Shown here piece after piece: positions 17,139 through 26,983 of a stretch of 47,346 bases of DNA (the stretch's first letter is position 1; each line of letters starts with the position of its first letter). The position numbers and the translations under genes were made by a program. Below the pieces are notes generated by a model. It did not search any database and was not told the origin of the DNA. It worked only from the letters and a program-made list of their open reading frames with translations. Origin of the DNA: Campylobacteraceae bacterium (lineage in GTDB: Bacteria; Campylobacterota; Campylobacteria; Campylobacterales; Campylobacteraceae); the NCBI GenBank assembly GCA_031259875.1, contig JAIRKW010000118.1, positions 1-47,346 on the forward strand. Direction: 5' to 3'.

Positions 17139-18330
17139 GTTTGGCTCCTGGGATTATTGTCGAATCCTTAAGATTGTTCGTCTGCATTAATTGCGCCACT
17201 GTCAACTTGTATTTCATAGAGATTGACTGCAAAGTATCTCCGCTTCGTATCGTATAGTATTTAACTGTACGGGCAGTAGGTATTATAAGCTTTTGTCCGA
17301 CCTTGATTGTATCTGAACGTATATTATTAAAATCTTTTATAATTTTATAACCCACATCATACTGTTTGGCTATTTTTTGTAATGAATCTCCTTTTGCTAC
17401 CGTATAAACATAATATTTCGAACCACCCTTCTTTAACTTAAAGTTACTTTTAAAACGTGTCAATTTGTCTGAAGGAATGTAAATGTGATATTTATCTTTA
17501 TTCGGCGGAGCGAAAAAGTATTTTAAATGAGTATTATACGCAAGCAACTCCCGCATCGGCATATTAATAGCTTCAGCCACATCCGCCAAAGACGAACCTC
17601 CGTATACATCCACTTTGACAAATGGAGAATTCATATCGCCGCTGTTTAAAACGTAACTTGCACCGTTATCCAGCAAAAAATTCACATCTTGGGAAAGATA
17701 TGCCATAGTGATTATTTTGCGTATATAATTTCTTGTCTCCAATGGCAGATACTTTTTTCCTTCGTCCAAAAGTACATATAAATTATCTGTACCAGCCTCG
17801 GCAATCGCCTTTGAAACTCTGCCCTCGCCGCAATTATAAGCCATAGCGGCAAGATACCATTTGCCAAATCTATTATGCAATGCCTGCAGATATTTTATCG
17901 CCGCTTCGGTGGATTTTACAGGATCTCGCCTCTCGTCGACATAATCATCAATTAAAAGATTATATTTTCGCGCCGTGAATGCCATAAACTGCCAAAGCCC
18001 GCTTGCTTTCGCCTTTGAATAAGCGCTTGTAGAAAACCCTGATTCGGCCATAGCTAAATATAAAAAGACATCAGGTATTTCAGCCTCTTCTATCATTTTT
18101 TTTAATACCGGAACAAACTGCGCGCCGTTTTCGAGTATTTTTAAAAACTGTTTTGTCTTGTAATTTCGTATATTATCTTTCATGGACGCAAAAATAGAAT
18201 CTTGCAAAAAAGAGGTGTCTATATCAAGACTTTTCAATACTTCTACCTGTTTAGCATAATCGTCTTCCACGATAAAATAACCAAAACAGCAGCTAATTGT
18301 TAAAATTAAAACTGCCAACAATCGTTTCAT
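17116..18330 (-). CDS. MltD-like lytic transglycosylase with two LysM domains
   Basis: SLT motifs LAMAESGFS and AYNCGEGRV. Two C-terminal LysM repeats (YTVAKGDSLQKIAKQY, YTIRSGDTLQSISMKY). Confidence 0.8.
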   Translation of the reverse strand: MKRLLAVLILTISCCFGYFIVEDDYAKQVEVLKSLDIDTSFLQDSIFASMKDNIRNYKTKQFLKILENGAQFVPVLKKMIEEAEIPDVFLYLAMAESGFSTSAYSKAKASGLWQFMAFTARKYNLLIDDYVDERRDPVKSTEAAIKYLQALHNRFGKWYLAAMAYNCGEGRVSKAIAEAGTDNLYVLLDEGKKYLPLETRNYIRKIITMAYLSQDVNFLLDNGASYVLNSGDMNSPFVKVDVYGGSSLADVAEAINMPMRELLAYNTHLKYFFAPPNKDKYHIYIPSDKLTRFKSNFKLKKGGSKYYVYTVAKGDSLQKIAKQYDVGYKIIKDFNNIRSDTIKVGQKLIIPTARTVKYYTIRSGDTLQSISMKYKLTVAQLMQTNNLKDSTIIPGAKLEIPMGN

Positions 18331-18350
18331 TCATATCCTTAAAAATAAAA

Positions 18351-19157
18351 TTAACCGAATATTTTAGCGGAGTTAGCCTTGTTAAAGGCTTTAAAAATGC
18401 GTTCGGCATTTTTAGAACTTAATTTCGACAAATCTTCGGTGCTGATATTCAAAATTTCGCTTGCCTTTTCGACAACGTATTTTGTATACGAGGGCTCATT
18501 TCGTTCTCCTCTGTGCGGATGCGGCGTAAGATACGGGGCATCCGTTTCAAACAAGAGCCTCTCTTTTGGGATTTTAGGCAAGATATCTGACAAATTTTTA
18601 GCATTTTGAAAAGTTAAAACTCCACCGATGGCAAAATAGAAATTTTCTTTTAGTTCAAGCAGCAATTCGGACGCATTATAGCAGTGTAATACTCCAATCA
18701 CGCCGGCACTTACGGCATATTCGTTTAAAATATCAAAACTATCTTGATTTGCCTCTCTTATATGAACGATTAAAGGCTTATTAAATTTAGCCGCAAGTTT
18801 TATCTGTGCTATAAAAACCTCTTTTTGTGCCTCTTTTTCTTCTATTTTTTTATCATCGTCTTTTGGCAGTCTAAAGTAATCCAACCCGCATTCACCCACA
18901 GCTATACAGCGTTCATCCTGCAAATACTCTTCCAAAACACTCTGCTGATAATCTTTATGATGATACGGATGCACGCCTGCTGCATAAAAAACATTATCAT
19001 TTTTATAAGAAATATTTTTTGCCTTAGGTAAGTCAAATATATCGGCTCCAGGTATCAATATACCGTAAATTTGCGCCTCTTTAGCCCTTTGTATTACATC
19101 GTCTAAATCGCCCTCAAATCTGCTGTCATCCAAATGGCAGTGCGTATCTATTATCAT
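18351..19157 (-). CDS. tatD: TatD-family metal-dependent hydrolase/DNase
   Basis: N-terminal IDTHCHL, 268 aa, TIM-barrel hydrolase pattern. ATGA overlap with recN. Confidence 0.85.
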   Translation of the reverse strand: MIIDTHCHLDDSRFEGDLDDVIQRAKEAQIYGILIPGADIFDLPKAKNISYKNDNVFYAAGVHPYHHKDYQQSVLEEYLQDERCIAVGECGLDYFRLPKDDDKKIEEKEAQKEVFIAQIKLAAKFNKPLIVHIREANQDSFDILNEYAVSAGVIGVLHCYNASELLLELKENFYFAIGGVLTFQNAKNLSDILPKIPKERLLFETDAPYLTPHPHRGERNEPSYTKYVVEKASEILNISTEDLSKLSSKNAERIFKAFNKANSAKIFG

Positions 19158-20689
19158 CTGTTATCCCGTCTTAAGCTCTTCGCAAATTCCCGCGCTTTAT
19201 TTGTAATATTTGCTCCGCTTATCATACGGGACAACTCTTCTATTCTCTCTTCTTCATTTAACTCTTTTATATGGCTCTCATTATCCTTTCTCCATACGAG
19301 AAAATGCTGATCGGCGCAAGATGAAAGCTGCGGATGATGCGAGATTGCAAATATCTGATAATTTGCCGAAATCTCTTTTAAAACATTTGCCACACTCATA
19401 GACTCTTTGCCGCTTAGATTTGAGTCTATTTCATCAAGTATTAAAACTCCGCTGCTGTTCGCTTTTGTCTCATTTGCTGCTGCAATGAGACTAAGACGCA
19501 ATCTGTTAAATTCTCCCGCACTTACTTTTTTTATTTCAATATCCTGCAAGGTTATACTCATCTCCTCCGCACCTAAATCATAAGGCAATGTTTTTAAAAG
19601 ACTTATGCTGCAAGGCTTTAAATACATTTTTTCAAGATAGCTGTTAATAAGCTTTTCAAGTGGTTTTAAAAATTTTTCGCGCGAAGCGGACAACTCTTGT
19701 GCTGCCATATCAAGCAAACTATTTAATTTTTTAAAGTCTGCTTCAAGAGATTTTTTCTCAAAACTGATATTTTCGTAATGAGCTAACTCCTCTTTGCGCT
19801 TTTTTAAATGCTCCAATATCTCCTCTATAGAACCAAAACGTGTCTTTAAAGCTTTGATTTGTTCTATTCTGTCCAACACGCTCTCTACATCGATATCTTC
19901 AAGTTCATTTATCTTTTGCATCTCCTCTTCAAACACAGCGCGCAAAAAATTCATCGTTTCATCAAACAGCGCACTCTCTTGCCCCATCAAACCAAGTGCA
20001 CTGTTTACGGCATGTTCGCTTTCAAATATCGCTTCAGCCTGCGAAATAGCTTCTTGTATCTTCTCTTTTTTAGAGAGTCTTTTTTTAAACTCTATCAACT
20101 CTTCATCTTCGCCTACTTTAGGATTAACGGCTTCTATTTTACCTATTTCGTAAGAGGCAAACTCTTTTAATTCGTTTATTTTTGACTCTTCGGTTTTGAT
20201 TTTCTCAAGCGTATCTTTTATTTCGACAAATTTTTCATAACACTCTTTATAAGCAGTAATCTTTTGCATATGCGCCCGATCGTTCTTTGCCGCATACGCA
20301 TCAAGCAGAGCTAAAAGCGAACTATTTTCAAACTCGCCCGTATCGCGTAAAGAGAGATAACCAATAAAGCCTGAAGCAAGCTGTTTAAGTACTTTTTGGG
20401 AAATATTTTGTGAATTGACAAAATAGCGTGCACTTTTTTGTTTGATAAATTTAAATATGGTTACCGCTTCTTTTTCTATACCATACTCATCTAACGACAA
20501 TTTATCATCCGCGACCGCTTCAAGTAGCGCTGCATCGCTTACGCTAAATCCAAAAACCGACAAAAGTGCATTAAAAAAGAGTGATTTTCCCGCACCGCTG
20601 GGACCCGAAAAGACAATAAGTCCATTTTTAAAATTCAGCCTCTCCTCTTTAAAACTCAAATGCTCTTTCAGATAAAAACTCTCTATCAC
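19154..20689 (-). CDS. recN: DNA repair protein RecN
   Basis: Walker A GPSGAGKS, long central coiled coil, signature [12 protein letters not shown], Walker [15 protein letters not shown] start in a GTGA overlap with nadK. Confidence 0.85.
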   Translation of the reverse strand: MIESFYLKEHLSFKEERLNFKNGLIVFSGPSGAGKSLFFNALLSVFGFSVSDAALLEAVADDKLSLDEYGIEKEAVTIFKFIKQKSARYFVNSQNISQKVLKQLASGFIGYLSLRDTGEFENSSLLALLDAYAAKNDRAHMQKITAYKECYEKFVEIKDTLEKIKTEESKINELKEFASYEIGKIEAVNPKVGEDEELIEFKKRLSKKEKIQEAISQAEAIFESEHAVNSALGLMGQESALFDETMNFLRAVFEEEMQKINELEDIDVESVLDRIEQIKALKTRFGSIEEILEHLKKRKEELAHYENISFEKKSLEADFKKLNSLLDMAAQELSASREKFLKPLEKLINSYLEKMYLKPCSISLLKTLPYDLGAEEMSITLQDIEIKKVSAGEFNRLRLSLIAAANETKANSSGVLILDEIDSNLSGKESMSVANVLKEISANYQIFAISHHPQLSSCADQHFLVWRKDNESHIKELNEEERIEELSRMISGANITNKAREFAKSLRRDNR

Positions 20690-21543
20690 CTATGTCCCCA
20701 TGATAATTTCTCTTTAAGAGCAATAAAATCGCTTTGGACTGCTTTGCCTATCAATTTTGCCCCATCTTTTGCATATTTGACACTAACAAAATCAAAATCC
20801 TGCATATCATATACATCCTGTCCGTCTATGATAACTACGGTATTGTCTTTACTTTTCAGAGTTATTTCATACTCGTTGAAAAGCACAATTGAGCGCTGTG
20901 TTAAAGAGTGCGGGCAGATAGGCGTAAGTATCATGGCCTGCGTCTGCGGCAACACAATAGGACCTCCGCAAGAAAGATTATAGGCTGTAGAGCCGTTAGG
21001 TGTTGAGAGCAGTACACCATCGCCGAAATACGAATTAAAATGTTCACCATTAGCATAAGCCTCTACAGTTGCCATGGAAGCTATTTTAGCGCGCGAGAAG
21101 ACCACTTCGTTAAAAGCTGTACTTCTTATCTCTTTGTCTCCTCTTTTAAGCGTTACGTCAAACATCGCTCTTATATTTATTTTGTACTCTTTGCGATATA
21201 GCTGCACTGCAAAACTCTCAAGTTCATCTATCTTTAAAGCAGTTAAATAGCCAAGCCTGCCGGCGCAAATACCCAATATCGGGATTTGAAAACGAAAACT
21301 CTCTCTTACTGTCCACAATAACGTACCATCTCCGCCAAGTGAAATAAGTAAATCGCAAACAGTACATAATTTTTGGATAGGAAGCCCGTTCAAACCGATA
21401 GTTTTCGCACTGTTTTCTTCTAAAATAATTTCTGAATTATAAAAAGCAAATATACTTTTAATCTTCTCATACTCATTTTTCAAATGTGTATCTTTCCGCA
21501 ATACAAGACCGATAATTTTAGGATTAATTGATTTTTCTAACAT
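20686..21543 (-). CDS. nadK: NAD kinase
   Basis: GGDGTLL motif and [14 protein letters not shown] motif. Confidence 0.85.
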   Translation of the reverse strand: MLEKSINPKIIGLVLRKDTHLKNEYEKIKSIFAFYNSEIILEENSAKTIGLNGLPIQKLCTVCDLLISLGGDGTLLWTVRESFRFQIPILGICAGRLGYLTALKIDELESFAVQLYRKEYKINIRAMFDVTLKRGDKEIRSTAFNEVVFSRAKIASMATVEAYANGEHFNSYFGDGVLLSTPNGSTAYNLSCGGPIVLPQTQAMILTPICPHSLTQRSIVLFNEYEITLKSKDNTVVIIDGQDVYDMQDFDFVSVKYAKDGAKLIGKAVQSDFIALKEKLSWGHR

Positions 21544-21675
21544 AAGCGCGATTGTAGCATAAAATTTTTAAAAAACTAAAAGTATGGAGCAATTTATACT
21601 TTTCTTGTATGTTGATTTTCACGCGCTATCAATCAGAAAATCTATAGTATAATCCACAAATTTTCAAAGGAGTAT

Positions 21676-21888
21676 ATGATGAAACTTGCACAAATTTTAC
21701 TTTTGGTATTTAATATTTTAGTATTAGTCAGCGTAACAATAGCAATATTGTCTTACGATATGTTCAGGTGGATTTTTCCATATTGGATTACAGGTATATT
21801 TATAGGCTTATGCACAGGAGCAGCGTATGTTTTATATAAAAAAGGAAGCAAAAAAAGCAATAAACGGTTTTATTCGGCATCAATATAA
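21676..21888 (+). CDS. small two-TM membrane protein, unknown function
   Basis: AAGGAG SD. 70 aa with two hydrophobic helices and a basic C-terminus. Confidence 0.45.
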   Translation: MMKLAQILLLVFNILVLVSVTIAILSYDMFRWIFPYWITGIFIGLCTGAAYVLYKKGSKKSNKRFYSASI

Positions 21889-21911
21889 GACAATAAAATA
21901 CCGAATAAAAC
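21867..21911. terminator. 11-bp inverted repeat between convergent genes (possible bidirectional terminator)
   Basis: GTTTTATTCGG (21867-21877) and CCGAATAAAAC (21901-21911), 23-nt loop, spanning the stop of the 70-aa ORF. A/T runs on both sides. Confidence 0.3.
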
Positions 21912-21932
21912 TTTAAAATATAAAATCACAAA

Positions 21933-22370
21933 TCAAAACTGTATCTTATAAACTCTTCCATCGTTTGTTTTCGCTTCGCCCATACCGTTTTTTGTCCAGC
22001 TTCGCAGCATAATTACTATTTCCATTTTTAAAGGTGAAGTTTCACTTGTTAAAAGCGCATACTTTTTGCTCTCCGCGCTGAAATTTATCCCCATGCCAAT
22101 ACCGCCAAAACTGCCGCTGCTACGGTATCTGCCACCGGATGAATAACCTATAGTATTGCCGAAAGTTACCGAGCCGTCATCATCAAACGAACTGTATTTA
22201 CCTTTTAATACCTCACCGTCTTCCATAATAACGGTTACCACTTGGTCCTTTTCATCAAAGATACCTTGCAAAACACCGTCCGTGTTGAATCCTATAAGTG
22301 CAATATCGTGTTTTAAAGCACAACCCGCAAGTAAAAAGAGTGAAACTGCAAACAAAAGAATATGTTTCAT
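21933..22370 (-). CDS. lipoprotein, unknown function
   Basis: Signal peptide with lipobox LLAGC and a Gly/Ser-rich middle. No enzyme motif. Confidence 0.6.
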   Translation of the reverse strand: MKHILLFAVSLFLLAGCALKHDIALIGFNTDGVLQGIFDEKDQVVTVIMEDGEVLKGKYSSFDDDGSVTFGNTIGYSSGGRYRSSGSFGGIGMGINFSAESKKYALLTSETSPLKMEIVIMLRSWTKNGMGEAKTNDGRVYKIQF

Positions 22371-22498
22371 AAATCGTCCTTTTTATTTAAGATGAATTTA
22401 TATATTTTAGCACACTTTGTGTAACTAGCAGTATTTAATATCATTTTTAATATAATTTTAGCTATTATTTGAGTCCTATTTTATGCGAGGATTTTATA

Positions 22499-23728
22499 AT
22501 GAAAAAAAATGTTAAAAAAGTAGTTTTGGCATATTCGGGCGGACTTGATACAAGTATTATTTTAAAATGGCTGCAAGATGAGTACAAATGCGAAGTCGTT
22601 ACTTTTACCGCCGATATAGGACAAGGCGAAGAGGTTGAACCAGCACGGCAAAAAGCCATCTCTCTTGGAATAAAACCGGAAAATATATATATAGAAGATT
22701 TAAAAGAAGAATTTGTGAGAGAATATGTATTTCCAATGTTTAGAGCAAATGCACTGTATGAGGGCGAATATCTTTTGGGAACTTCTGTAGCGCGCCCGCT
22801 GATAGCCAAAAGACAAGCCGAGATAGCAGCTCTTACTGGAGCTGACGCCGTATCTCACGGAGCCACAGGCAAAGGAAATGATCAGGTTAGATTTGAGATA
22901 GGATACTTAAATTTCAATTCCGACCTCACGATAATAGCTCCATGGAGAGAGTGGGATTTGAATTCGCGCGCAAAACTATTGCAGTATGCGCAAAAACATG
23001 GTATTGATATAGAAAAAAGAGGACAGCAATCGCCCTATTCTATGGACGCAAATCTACTGCATATCTCTTATGAGGGACTTATTTTGGAAGACCCGAGCAA
23101 AGAGCCTGAAGAGAGCATGTGGAGATGGACACTAAGCCCTGAAAAAGCGCCGGATATTGCGGAAATTATAGAGATAGAATACAAAAACGGCGATCCTATA
23201 AAACTAAACGGAAAAGATTTAACTCCTGCACAAATGCTCACGGCATTAAATGAGTTGGGAGCAAAAAACGGTATCGGCAGAATAGACATTGTAGAAAACA
23301 GATATGTTGGCATGAAATCGCGCGGCTGTTACGAAACACCAGGCGGCACAATAATGCTAAAAGCACACCGTGCTATAGAGAGCATAACACTTGATAAGGA
23401 AGCAGCGCACTTAAAAGATGAATTGATGCCAAAATATGCAAACCTTGTATATAACGGCTTTTGGTTCAGTCCTGAGCGCGAAATGCTGCAAACTGCAATA
23501 GATAAAACACAGACAAGCGTAAATGGAACGGTAAGACTTAAATTATATAAAGGAAACGTCGTAACCATAGGCAGAGATTCAAAAACAGATAATCTTTTCA
23601 GCACGGCATTCAGCACTTTTGAAGAAGATGAGGTTTACAACCAAAAAGACGCAGAAGGCTTTATAAAACTCAATGCTCTTAGATTTATCATAAGCGGAAA
23701 AAATAGAAAAAATAGCAAAGGAAAATAA
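22499..23728 (+). CDS. argG: argininosuccinate synthase
   Basis: GAGGA SD before ATG 22499. P-loop AYSGGLDTS and [15 protein letters not shown]. The ORF-track start 22469 adds 10 unlikely codons. Confidence 0.9.
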   Translation: MKKNVKKVVLAYSGGLDTSIILKWLQDEYKCEVVTFTADIGQGEEVEPARQKAISLGIKPENIYIEDLKEEFVREYVFPMFRANALYEGEYLLGTSVARPLIAKRQAEIAALTGADAVSHGATGKGNDQVRFEIGYLNFNSDLTIIAPWREWDLNSRAKLLQYAQKHGIDIEKRGQQSPYSMDANLLHISYEGLILEDPSKEPEESMWRWTLSPEKAPDIAEIIEIEYKNGDPIKLNGKDLTPAQMLTALNELGAKNGIGRIDIVENRYVGMKSRGCYETPGGTIMLKAHRAIESITLDKEAAHLKDELMPKYANLVYNGFWFSPEREMLQTAIDKTQTSVNGTVRLKLYKGNVVTIGRDSKTDNLFSTAFSTFEEDEVYNQKDAEGFIKLNALRFIISGKNRKNSKGK

Positions 23729-24174
23729 TGAGGGTTTTACTTTTAAAAGATGTAAAAGGACTTGGTAAAACAGGTGAAATAAAAGAGGTTAAAGATGGAT
23801 ACGGCAAAAATTTTCTTTTAGGAAAAGGACTTGCAAAACTTGCTACAAACGATGTTGTGCGCCAATATGAAGCCGAACAGAAAAAAAAAGCAGCCGAAGC
23901 GGAAGCAGAAATAGAAAAATTAAAAGCTGCGGATAAAATACTTAGCAATATAAAACTCATCATTAAACGCTCTTTGGGTGCAAATGGGAGTCTATTTGGT
24001 GCGATTACAAAAGAAGAAATTGCTAAAGAGCTTGAGGCGCAACACAAAATCGAAATAGATAAAAAAAATATAGAGATAGAACTGCCAATAAAAAGTACGG
24101 GTATTTTTGATATCCAGATAAAATTAGGACACGGCATACATTCAAACTTGACTATAGAGATTATAGGCGAATAG
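23728..24174 (+). CDS. rplI: 50S ribosomal protein L9
   Basis: [32 protein letters not shown]-domain, long helix, C-domain. TAATG coupling to argG. Confidence 0.9.
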   Translation: MRVLLLKDVKGLGKTGEIKEVKDGYGKNFLLGKGLAKLATNDVVRQYEAEQKKKAAEAEAEIEKLKAADKILSNIKLIIKRSLGANGSLFGAITKEEIAKELEAQHKIEIDKKNIEIELPIKSTGIFDIQIKLGHGIHSNLTIEIIGE

Positions 24175-24176
24175 AG

Positions 24177-24722
24177 ATGTTTCACGCAACTACAATTTTA
24201 GCCTTGAAAGGCAAAAAAAAATCAGTCATCGGCGGAGACGGGCAAGTAACTTTCGGTAATACTATCTTGAAAGGCAATGCCGTTAAGATACGAAAACTAT
24301 ACAACGGCAGTGTTCTTGGCGGATTTGCAGGAAGCACGGCGGATGCTTTTAATCTATTTGATATGTTTGAAAGGATATTGGAGCAGAAAAAAGGCGATCT
24401 TTTAAAATCAGCCGTAGAGTTTTCCAAAGAGTGGCGCAAAGACAAGTATTTAAGGCGTTTAGAAGCTATGATGATAGTATTAAATCGCGAAAATATTTTC
24501 ATACTAAGCGGTACCGGAGACGTTGTAGAACCGGAAGACGGACAGATAGCGGCTATTGGCAGCGGCGGCAGTTACGCCATTTCAGCCGCACGTGCTTTAA
24601 ATAAACACACTGATATAGATGAAGAAGTTTTAGTCAAAGAGAGTCTTGAAATAGCAGCAGATATCTGCATTTATACAAACCGATCTATAAAAATTTTTAC
24701 ATTAGAGGATAACAAACAGTAA
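24177..24722 (+). CDS. hslV: ATP-dependent protease subunit HslV
   Basis: N-terminal TTIL (catalytic Thr after a short leader), GGDGQVT, GSGG. Confidence 0.9.
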   Translation: MFHATTILALKGKKKSVIGGDGQVTFGNTILKGNAVKIRKLYNGSVLGGFAGSTADAFNLFDMFERILEQKKGDLLKSAVEFSKEWRKDKYLRRLEAMMIVLNRENIFILSGTGDVVEPEDGQIAAIGSGGSYAISAARALNKHTDIDEEVLVKESLEIAADICIYTNRSIKIFTLEDNKQ

Positions 24723-26050
24723 TGAATTTAACGCCAAAAGAGATTGTTATATATTTAGACGAATATATTATAGGACAATTTGAAGCAAAAAAAGCTATTG
24801 CCATAGCACTTAGAAACAGATATAGAAGACTTAAACTGGAACCATCCATACGGCAAGAGGTTATGCCGAAAAACATTCTCATGATAGGCTCAACAGGTGT
24901 AGGCAAAACGGAAATCGCGAGAAGACTTGCAAAAATGATGAATCTGCCATTTGTCAAAGTGGAAGCAAGTAAGTATACAGAGGTAGGTTTTGTTGGGCGT
25001 GACGTTGAATCTATGGTAAGAGATTTGGCACTTGCAGCTTTAAATCTTGTCAAAAATGAGCATAAAGAAAAAAATAAAGAAGCCATAGAAAAATATGTAG
25101 AAAAAAATATATTGGAAAAACTTTTACCGCCTCTTCCAAAAGGAGCCAGCGAAGACAAGCAGAATGCTTATAAGCAAGGTTATGAAAAGATGAGAGAGAG
25201 GTTAAAAAGCGGAGATTTGGACAACTTGAACATAGAAGTTGAACTGCCGCACAGAAGTGGAGAATTTGACGGCGGAAACGATATGCCTCCTGAAATGATA
25301 AAAGTACAGGAATCTTTTATTAAAATTTTAAGCGTAGGACAAAATAATATCAAAAAAGAGATGTCTATAAAAGAAGCAAAAGAGGCTCTTAAAGCCGAAG
25401 CTGCCGACAACATACTAAATAACGAAATAATAAAAAGAGAAGCTGTAAAAAGAGCGCAGGAAGAGGGAATAATTTTTATAGATGAGATAGATAAAATTGC
25501 AGTATCAAGCGCATCTCAAGGCAGACAAGACCCAAGCAAAGAGGGTGTTCAGCGCGATTTGCTGCCTATAGTAGAAGGTTCTGCAGTTTCTACTAAACTC
25601 GGCTCAATAGATACCGACCATATTCTTTTTATTGCAGCAGGCGCATTTCATTTAAGCAAACCAAGCGACCTTATTCCTGAACTTCAAGGTAGATTTCCGC
25701 TAAGAGTAGAGCTTAATCCGCTTGATGAAGACACGCTTTATAAAATACTGACTCAACCCAAAAATTCGCTTTTACGTCAATATAAAGCATTACTTTCGAC
25801 GGAAGGAGTTGAGCTTATATTTGACGACGATGCGATAGAAGAAATAGCAAAAATCGCATACATCACAAATGAAAAGACAGAAGATATAGGTGCACGAAGG
25901 TTACATACTATTATAGAAAAGGTTATTGAAGATATAAGTTTTGATGCCGATATCCACAAAGGAGAAAAGATAAATATAACAGCACAGCTTGTCCACAATA
26001 AACTTGATACAATAGTTGACAATGAGGACGCGGCAAGGTATATTCTGTGA
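24722..26050 (+). CDS. hslU: ATP-dependent protease ATPase subunit HslU
   Basis: Walker A GSTGVGKTEIARRLA, Walker B IIFIDEIDKI, inserted I-domain. TAATG coupling to hslV. Confidence 0.9.
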   Translation: MNLTPKEIVIYLDEYIIGQFEAKKAIAIALRNRYRRLKLEPSIRQEVMPKNILMIGSTGVGKTEIARRLAKMMNLPFVKVEASKYTEVGFVGRDVESMVRDLALAALNLVKNEHKEKNKEAIEKYVEKNILEKLLPPLPKGASEDKQNAYKQGYEKMRERLKSGDLDNLNIEVELPHRSGEFDGGNDMPPEMIKVQESFIKILSVGQNNIKKEMSIKEAKEALKAEAADNILNNEIIKREAVKRAQEEGIIFIDEIDKIAVSSASQGRQDPSKEGVQRDLLPIVEGSAVSTKLGSIDTDHILFIAAGAFHLSKPSDLIPELQGRFPLRVELNPLDEDTLYKILTQPKNSLLRQYKALLSTEGVELIFDDDAIEEIAKIAYITNEKTEDIGARRLHTIIEKVIEDISFDADIHKGEKINITAQLVHNKLDTIVDNEDAARYIL

Positions 26051-26925
26051 ATGAGCAAAGAGCCGGATTTATTGCGATAATAGGCAAGCCAAACGCCGGC
26101 AAAAGTTCACTTTTAAATTGGCTTTTAGATGAAAAAGTTGCTATGGTTTCCAAAAAAGCTAATGCTACAAGAAAAAGAGCTAATGCGATAGTTATGCACA
26201 ATTCAACGCAATTTATTTTCATAGACACTCCCGGAATTCATGAGAGTGAAAGACTTTTAAATAAATTTATGCTTGAAGAGACACTAAAAGCTATGGGAGA
26301 TGCAGATTTAATACTATTTTTATTGCCCGCAACAGACTCTTTGCAAAGTTATAAAGATTTTTTATCCAAGGAGCTTAAAATTCCTCATATAATACTGCTC
26401 ACAAAATGCGATAAAATTACTAATGGTCAGCTTTTAAAAAAATTATCCGAATTTGAGCCTTACAAATCAAATTTTAAAACGCTCATACCAATATCCATAA
26501 AACATAAAAGCGCAAAAAGTTATTTATTAAATGAACTGCAAAAATTTATGCCAAAACATCCTTATTTTTATGATCCAGAACTTATTAGCACACAAATGAT
26601 ACGGGAAATTTATGCCGAATATATAAGAGAAGCTGTTTTTGAATTTGTAAGCGACGAAATACCCTACTCTTCTCATGTAATCATAGACAGGATTGAAGAA
26701 AGTGAAAATCTCGATAAAGTATATGCAACTATTATAGTTGAAAAGGAAAGCCAAAAAAATATACTCATTGGGCAAAATGGAAATGTAATAAAAAAGATAA
26801 GTATTTACGCAAGAGAGATGATGGAAAAATTAACCAATAAGCAAATATTTATCAAAATATCTATAAATTGTAATAAAAATTGGACAAAAAACGAAAAAAT
26901 ATTGATAAAATTTGGATTCCAGTGA
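26047..26925 (+). CDS. era: GTPase Era
   Basis: GTG start in a GTGA overlap with hslU. G1 GKPNAGKSS, G3 DTPG, G4 TKCD, C-terminal KH domain. Confidence 0.9.
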   Translation: MNEQRAGFIAIIGKPNAGKSSLLNWLLDEKVAMVSKKANATRKRANAIVMHNSTQFIFIDTPGIHESERLLNKFMLEETLKAMGDADLILFLLPATDSLQSYKDFLSKELKIPHIILLTKCDKITNGQLLKKLSEFEPYKSNFKTLIPISIKHKSAKSYLLNELQKFMPKHPYFYDPELISTQMIREIYAEYIREAVFEFVSDEIPYSSHVIIDRIEESENLDKVYATIIVEKESQKNILIGQNGNVIKKISIYAREMMEKLTNKQIFIKISINCNKNWTKNEKILIKFGFQ

Positions 26926-26944
26926 ATGCAAACAGCATTTTTTA

Positions 26945-26953
26945 TGTTACAAT
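26945..26953 (+). promoter_or_regulatory. extended -10 promoter element for the pilus-like operon
   Basis: TGTTACAAT (TGnTAnAAT pattern) 20 nt after the era stop and about 30 nt before ATG 26984. T-rich upstream. Confidence 0.35.
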
Positions 26954-26983
26954 AGCCACTGTATAGTCTTAAGGATGGGTTTA

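Noticed and set aside
22469-22498. Upstream start of argG given by the ORF track
   Set aside because: ATG 22499 has a GAGGA SD and gives the canonical MKK...[13 protein letters not shown]-terminus. The extra 10 codons are not plausible.
23688-24185. 165-aa minus-strand ORF covering all of rplI
   Set aside because: It is the mirror frame of a ribosomal protein gene with unmistakable L9 sequence. The product is Ser/Phe/Ile-rich nonsense without start context.
23881-24221. A9 homopolymer runs inside rplI (23881-23889) and hslV (24213-24221) as possible phase-variation tracts
   Set aside because: They encode Lys runs in essential or conserved genes, both frames are intact, and such tracts are expected by composition. 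There is no reason to invoke contingency switching.
26912-26983. N-terminal 24-codon extension of the PilMN-like ORF starting at TTG inside era
   Set aside because: The Cys-rich odd leader (MDSSECKQHFLCYNSHCIVLR) has no SD. A good AAGGA-N8-ATG at 26984 and an extended -10 at 26945-26953 lie inside the extension.
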